Origin: Marsupella aquatica
Lineage: Eukaryota; Plantae; Marchantiophyta
Assembly: GCA_973895155.1 (NCBI GenBank)
Contig: OZ316892.1
Span: 28,482,307-28,546,306, forward strand
Direction of reading: 5' to 3'
DNA length: 64,000 bases
This document shows, one piece after another, positions 60,501 to 64,000 of the stretch (position 1 is its first letter; each line of letters opens with the position of its first letter). The notes under the pieces were generated by a model, which ran no database searches, was not told the origin of the DNA, and saw only the letters and a program-made list of their open reading frames with translations. Position numbers and translations under genes: made by a program.

Positions 60501-62507
60501 TTCGCGCCGTACCGGAGGCAGCGGACTCGACAGCATGTGCCGCAACCGGACGTCGTGGGGATGGTGCAGCAGTGCAGTGCCCTACGCTGTGATGTGCTGT
60601 GCTGTGCTCTGCTCTGCCTGTGATGCCAGATTCGAATTCGAAACGGGGTGTGCTCGAACAGTCGAACAGTCGAACTGTTCGTCTCGAGCTCGCGTTGATT
60701 CGGGAGGATTACTGGACAAGAAACGGAAAGAATGGGAGTGGGAAGGGAGGCTTCCAGCTCGCTTCCTGGGAATGGACCATGACTGCGCGTGCTGTCTGTC
60801 ACGTTCCCTCGCAGCAACTTCGAGCCAAATTTTTCTCACTTCTTCTGCTGCATCTAAGAAATCTACACTAGGAACGCGGAGAGACACTGCCTTACTGTAC
60901 AGGATTGGAGACGAGGATGGAAGGCGGGAGCTAGGAAAGCGTCCATCACGACTTGGGGAGACTTATGGGCTCGGACGCTACAGTGCGCGAGCTCTGCTCT
61001 TGCGTCAGAGTCATTCATTCAGTCACTGGGGGCAGGTTCGTTCAGTCAGCAGCTCTACAGTGTCGTGCTGATGGCATTGCGCGGGCGGGCGGTTTTGTGA
61101 GGAGATTGAATTATGAATGGAACCGGGATCTGATGATGGTTTTTTGGAAACTCAAGGTGAAGCATGCAAAGAATTGCTAAATGCAGTGAGTTCAGAACGC
61201 ACAAATACTGACATACAATTCATGCGAACCGGATGCCAACGAGAATGTGGCAGTGGTAACGAATCTGTCAGTCAGTCCATGGCACTCTTCTGGCACAGCC
61301 GAAGCTAGAATGAATAACAAGCTAAGAGACGACAGTGTCTGATTAACTCACCACACGTAGAAGGATGCGGCAACGAACTAAAGATGCGAGATGCAAATTT
61401 GAATGTCGATCTAGTTTCAATAATATGAAGAAGAATGAACTTGCTTTGTTGCGACTCCCGGATCCGGACATCCCCACCTAACTCAATAACCAGAACAGTG
61501 ACCGGCCAAGTTTCGTCAGCACTCTCATAATGCTCTAAAGAAAGTAAACAACTGGTCTGTCATAGTACCCTGGGGCGACATTAGCAATCCCTCATGTTCT
61601 TCGAGGTCTAAAGCGAGAATACGGAAGTAACTCTCTCATTTTCGTCCATCTCTGAAACATGATGCCACTCGTCTCGCATTATACCTTTCAGCCTCACAGT
61701 AGCGCAGAAACTCATTACAAGCTCGTTTCCTCAGATCTTAAGCGAATCACTTTCCCGTTGAGCTTCCCTCGCGCCATGCAAAGATAGCTTGCAGTAGCTA
61801 TGGATATTCATTGTCTACCTTACCGCATGACGAGCTATCCAAAAAGACATTAACTGATGAGCCGGACATGAAACGAACAGAATATCGCAGATGATTGTGA
61901 CGACGGGACGACCTCCGCTTCGAAGGTCGCACCTTTATTGGAAATGAAATATCACAAGATCACACAAAAAGTCTTATCGACTCCCCAACTGTCAATCAAC
62001 ACTAACATCGTCGTCATCCTTTCAACAGACTGACGAAGACTTGAGCTGCTTCAATCCATTCTAGAACCAAGAACTGGCTGGCGGTGTTGTCTAAAATAAT
62101 GTCCAAACTATCCTCACGTTGGACATTTACAGATCCCTGCTCTCTCGCGGAGGGGCCTTTTAATTGCCCTCCTGGAGAAGGATCATCGTCTGTCGTTCCT
62201 TTGCTTGCTGCTGCTGCTACTATGTTACAAAAAAAATCGGCAATTGAAGCGCCGCCTCCCCCTCCATCATCGACTCACGTGGGTGTGGCGTCCTCGATCG
62301 GAAGGCCGTGAGATTCGGTCGCTAACCATTGAATCCAGTCCGCGGTTCCACTCTCGAATACATTTTATTTTCGTGAGTCGGGCGTGGCATTTGAATATGC
62401 CAGCAGTGCCACTGACTGGTGCTGCTGCTGCTTCCGCTACTCCTGGTGGTGCTTCTGCTGACTAGAGAAGCGGTCAAAAGAATGATATTTACGTTGTCCT
62501 AAATTTG

Positions 62508-63806
62508 CTAATGTCTACTGCTGCGCCCAGATCCTATCTGCCGATCACAATGCTTCCATCTGTGACGGAGTTGCCCGAGAAGGTCGGTCGCCTTTTGCTT
62601 GGTTCGAGGATTGCTTTCGACTTGCACAAGGTAGAGCAATTGGGTCAATACACCGGGTTGCACAGCAGCCTCGTCGACACACTCTTTGGGAGCATGTTGA
62701 CACACTGACCACAGGCACGAGACAGCTTTCTCCGTGGCATAGTCCGACACTCTAGAGATGACCCTCACGAGCACCGGCACTGCCAGTGCATGTGCACTAA
62801 TGGCTTCTCGACCCGCCAGTCTCGAGCATAGGGTATCCAACATTGACAGTGCGCGCTCCGTGTTACTTCTTCCGGCCTCCGGAAGTATCTCCACGATGGC
62901 AGACACAACACCCGCCTCCACGGCCTTGTCTGTGTTTCTCACAGGACCAGAAATGGAAAGCAAGGCCTTCAACCCGGCTTTGATAGCTTTGGCATGGTGG
63001 TCCTCCTTCAAGAGCTGCACTAACCCTTCGAACAAGCCGGCTGTCGCACCGATCGTCAACTTCATTTCGTCGTCGGTGGCAAGAATGGATAATAACAGGG
63101 CAGCGTTGACTCTTCCGTCCAGGCTTCCCTTGCAGAGCAGCCATGAGATGGCGGTGAGCTGCTTAGGACCAATGTAGAAAAGCTTCCTTATGTTGGACAA
63201 TGGCAAGAGCACTAGAATACCGAGGGCCTCCTCGCAGGCGTCCAAATTCTTGCTCAGACTATCAGGTGAGAACACAAAGTTGCCCAACACAGGAATGGCG
63301 CCAGCTTCGGCCACCACTTTCCTGGCTCTGTCGGACTCCTTCGTCATTGCCCTAATCTTCCGAAGTGACCCATAGCAACCCTGAGCCACTTCTTGCAACA
63401 TTCTCTTGGCCTTGTAAAACTCCACCGGTTGCTTGGGTGTCGGCATCCTCTCCACCCCATTCGCCCGGTTGGATACCTGCCAGTCCTGAATCAATCTCCG
63501 TAGAGTGTGGTTGGGAACAATTTCCATGTCATCCAATACCTGTCTCGTGGAGGGGCACGTATTATGTCCCTTCTCGAACCACTTCTCGATACTACTCCTG
63601 TCATATGTCTGCCCTGTGCTCGTCGTCACAGGATCCCGCATCAACTCCAGCGAAATCGGGCACCTGAAAAAGTCTGGCACGGAAACCTCCAGCCTGCTCT
63701 TCTTCGAATTCAAATTCTGTACTCTTTTCAATCTGCTCGTCTCTAGCGGTACAGCAGTGACGGTACACAGTACAGACGAGCAAGGAACTGGCACCTTCAT
63801 CCACAT
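62508..63806 (-). CDS. Plant U-box/ARM-repeat E3 ubiquitin ligase (CMPG1/PUB20-26-like), intronless
   Basis: U-box VPDFFRCPISLELMRDPVTTSTGQTYDRSSIEKWF...TCPST...VPNHTLRRLIQDW, then GVERMPTPKQP and ARM repeats. ATG at 63806 or 63800. Confidence 0.93.
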   Translation of the reverse strand: MWMKVPVPCSSVLCTVTAVPLETSRLKRVQNLNSKKSRLEVSVPDFFRCPISLELMRDPVTTSTGQTYDRSSIEKWFEKGHNTCPSTRQVLDDMEIVPNHTLRRLIQDWQVSNRANGVERMPTPKQPVEFYKAKRMLQEVAQGCYGSLRKIRAMTKESDRARKVVAEAGAIPVLGNFVFSPDSLSKNLDACEEALGILVLLPLSNIRKLFYIGPKQLTAISWLLCKGSLDGRVNAALLLSILATDDEMKLTIGATAGLFEGLVQLLKEDHHAKAIKAGLKALLSISGPVRNTDKAVEAGVVSAIVEILPEAGRSNTERALSMLDTLCSRLAGREAISAHALAVPVLVRVISRVSDYATEKAVSCLWSVCQHAPKECVDEAAVQPGVLTQLLYLVQVESNPRTKQKATDLLGQLRHRWKHCDRQIGSGRSSRH

Positions 63807-64000
63807 AATTGTCACTCAAAGGCGACGCATTCCGCTGCCCCACCGCACTCCCCTCCTCAACGTCTGGCTCGTACGTCAAGGGCACAGCAGGCATTCACTA
63901 TTGGAGCTAGTGATAGTGCTGGTGCTGGACCCGGAGCGGCTGGTGACTGACTCATGCCCTCGAGCCTCACGGTACTTCGCCAACATAATGATAGCACGTC

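Noticed and set aside
60376-61071. 231-aa ORF
   Set aside because: Non-ATG start, microsatellite-derived low complexity and no domain; more likely UTR or intergenic.

Overview
Eukaryotic land-plant genomic DNA, probably a bryophyte or liverwort (inferred from the hydrolase-type NLRs, GT-AG introns, TTTAGGG repeats and a plant-type tRNA-Val). The left half is a tandem cluster of three apparently intact 5-exon NLR genes (about 1343, 1345 and 1355 aa from my manual splicing). Their architecture is: N-terminal membrane anchor, alpha/beta-hydrolase, NB-ARC with a VHE variant of MHD, LRR, then two tandem TPR modules. The array is bracketed by an orphan NLR 3' end just behind an F-box gene and an orphan NLR 5' leader upstream of a malonyl-CoA decarboxylase gene. 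A young Ty1/copia element sits behind NLR1 (252-bp LTRs, CTATC TSD, half-tRNA-type PBS) and carries a nested non-coding insertion of about 1.95 kb. The right half has tRNA-Val(CAC), a peroxisomal malonyl-CoA decarboxylase, a TE-rich intergenic zone (MITEs, solo LTR, CRE-like and LINE remnants) and a U-box/ARM E3 ligase. All gene models and alignments were made by eye; no database searches were run.
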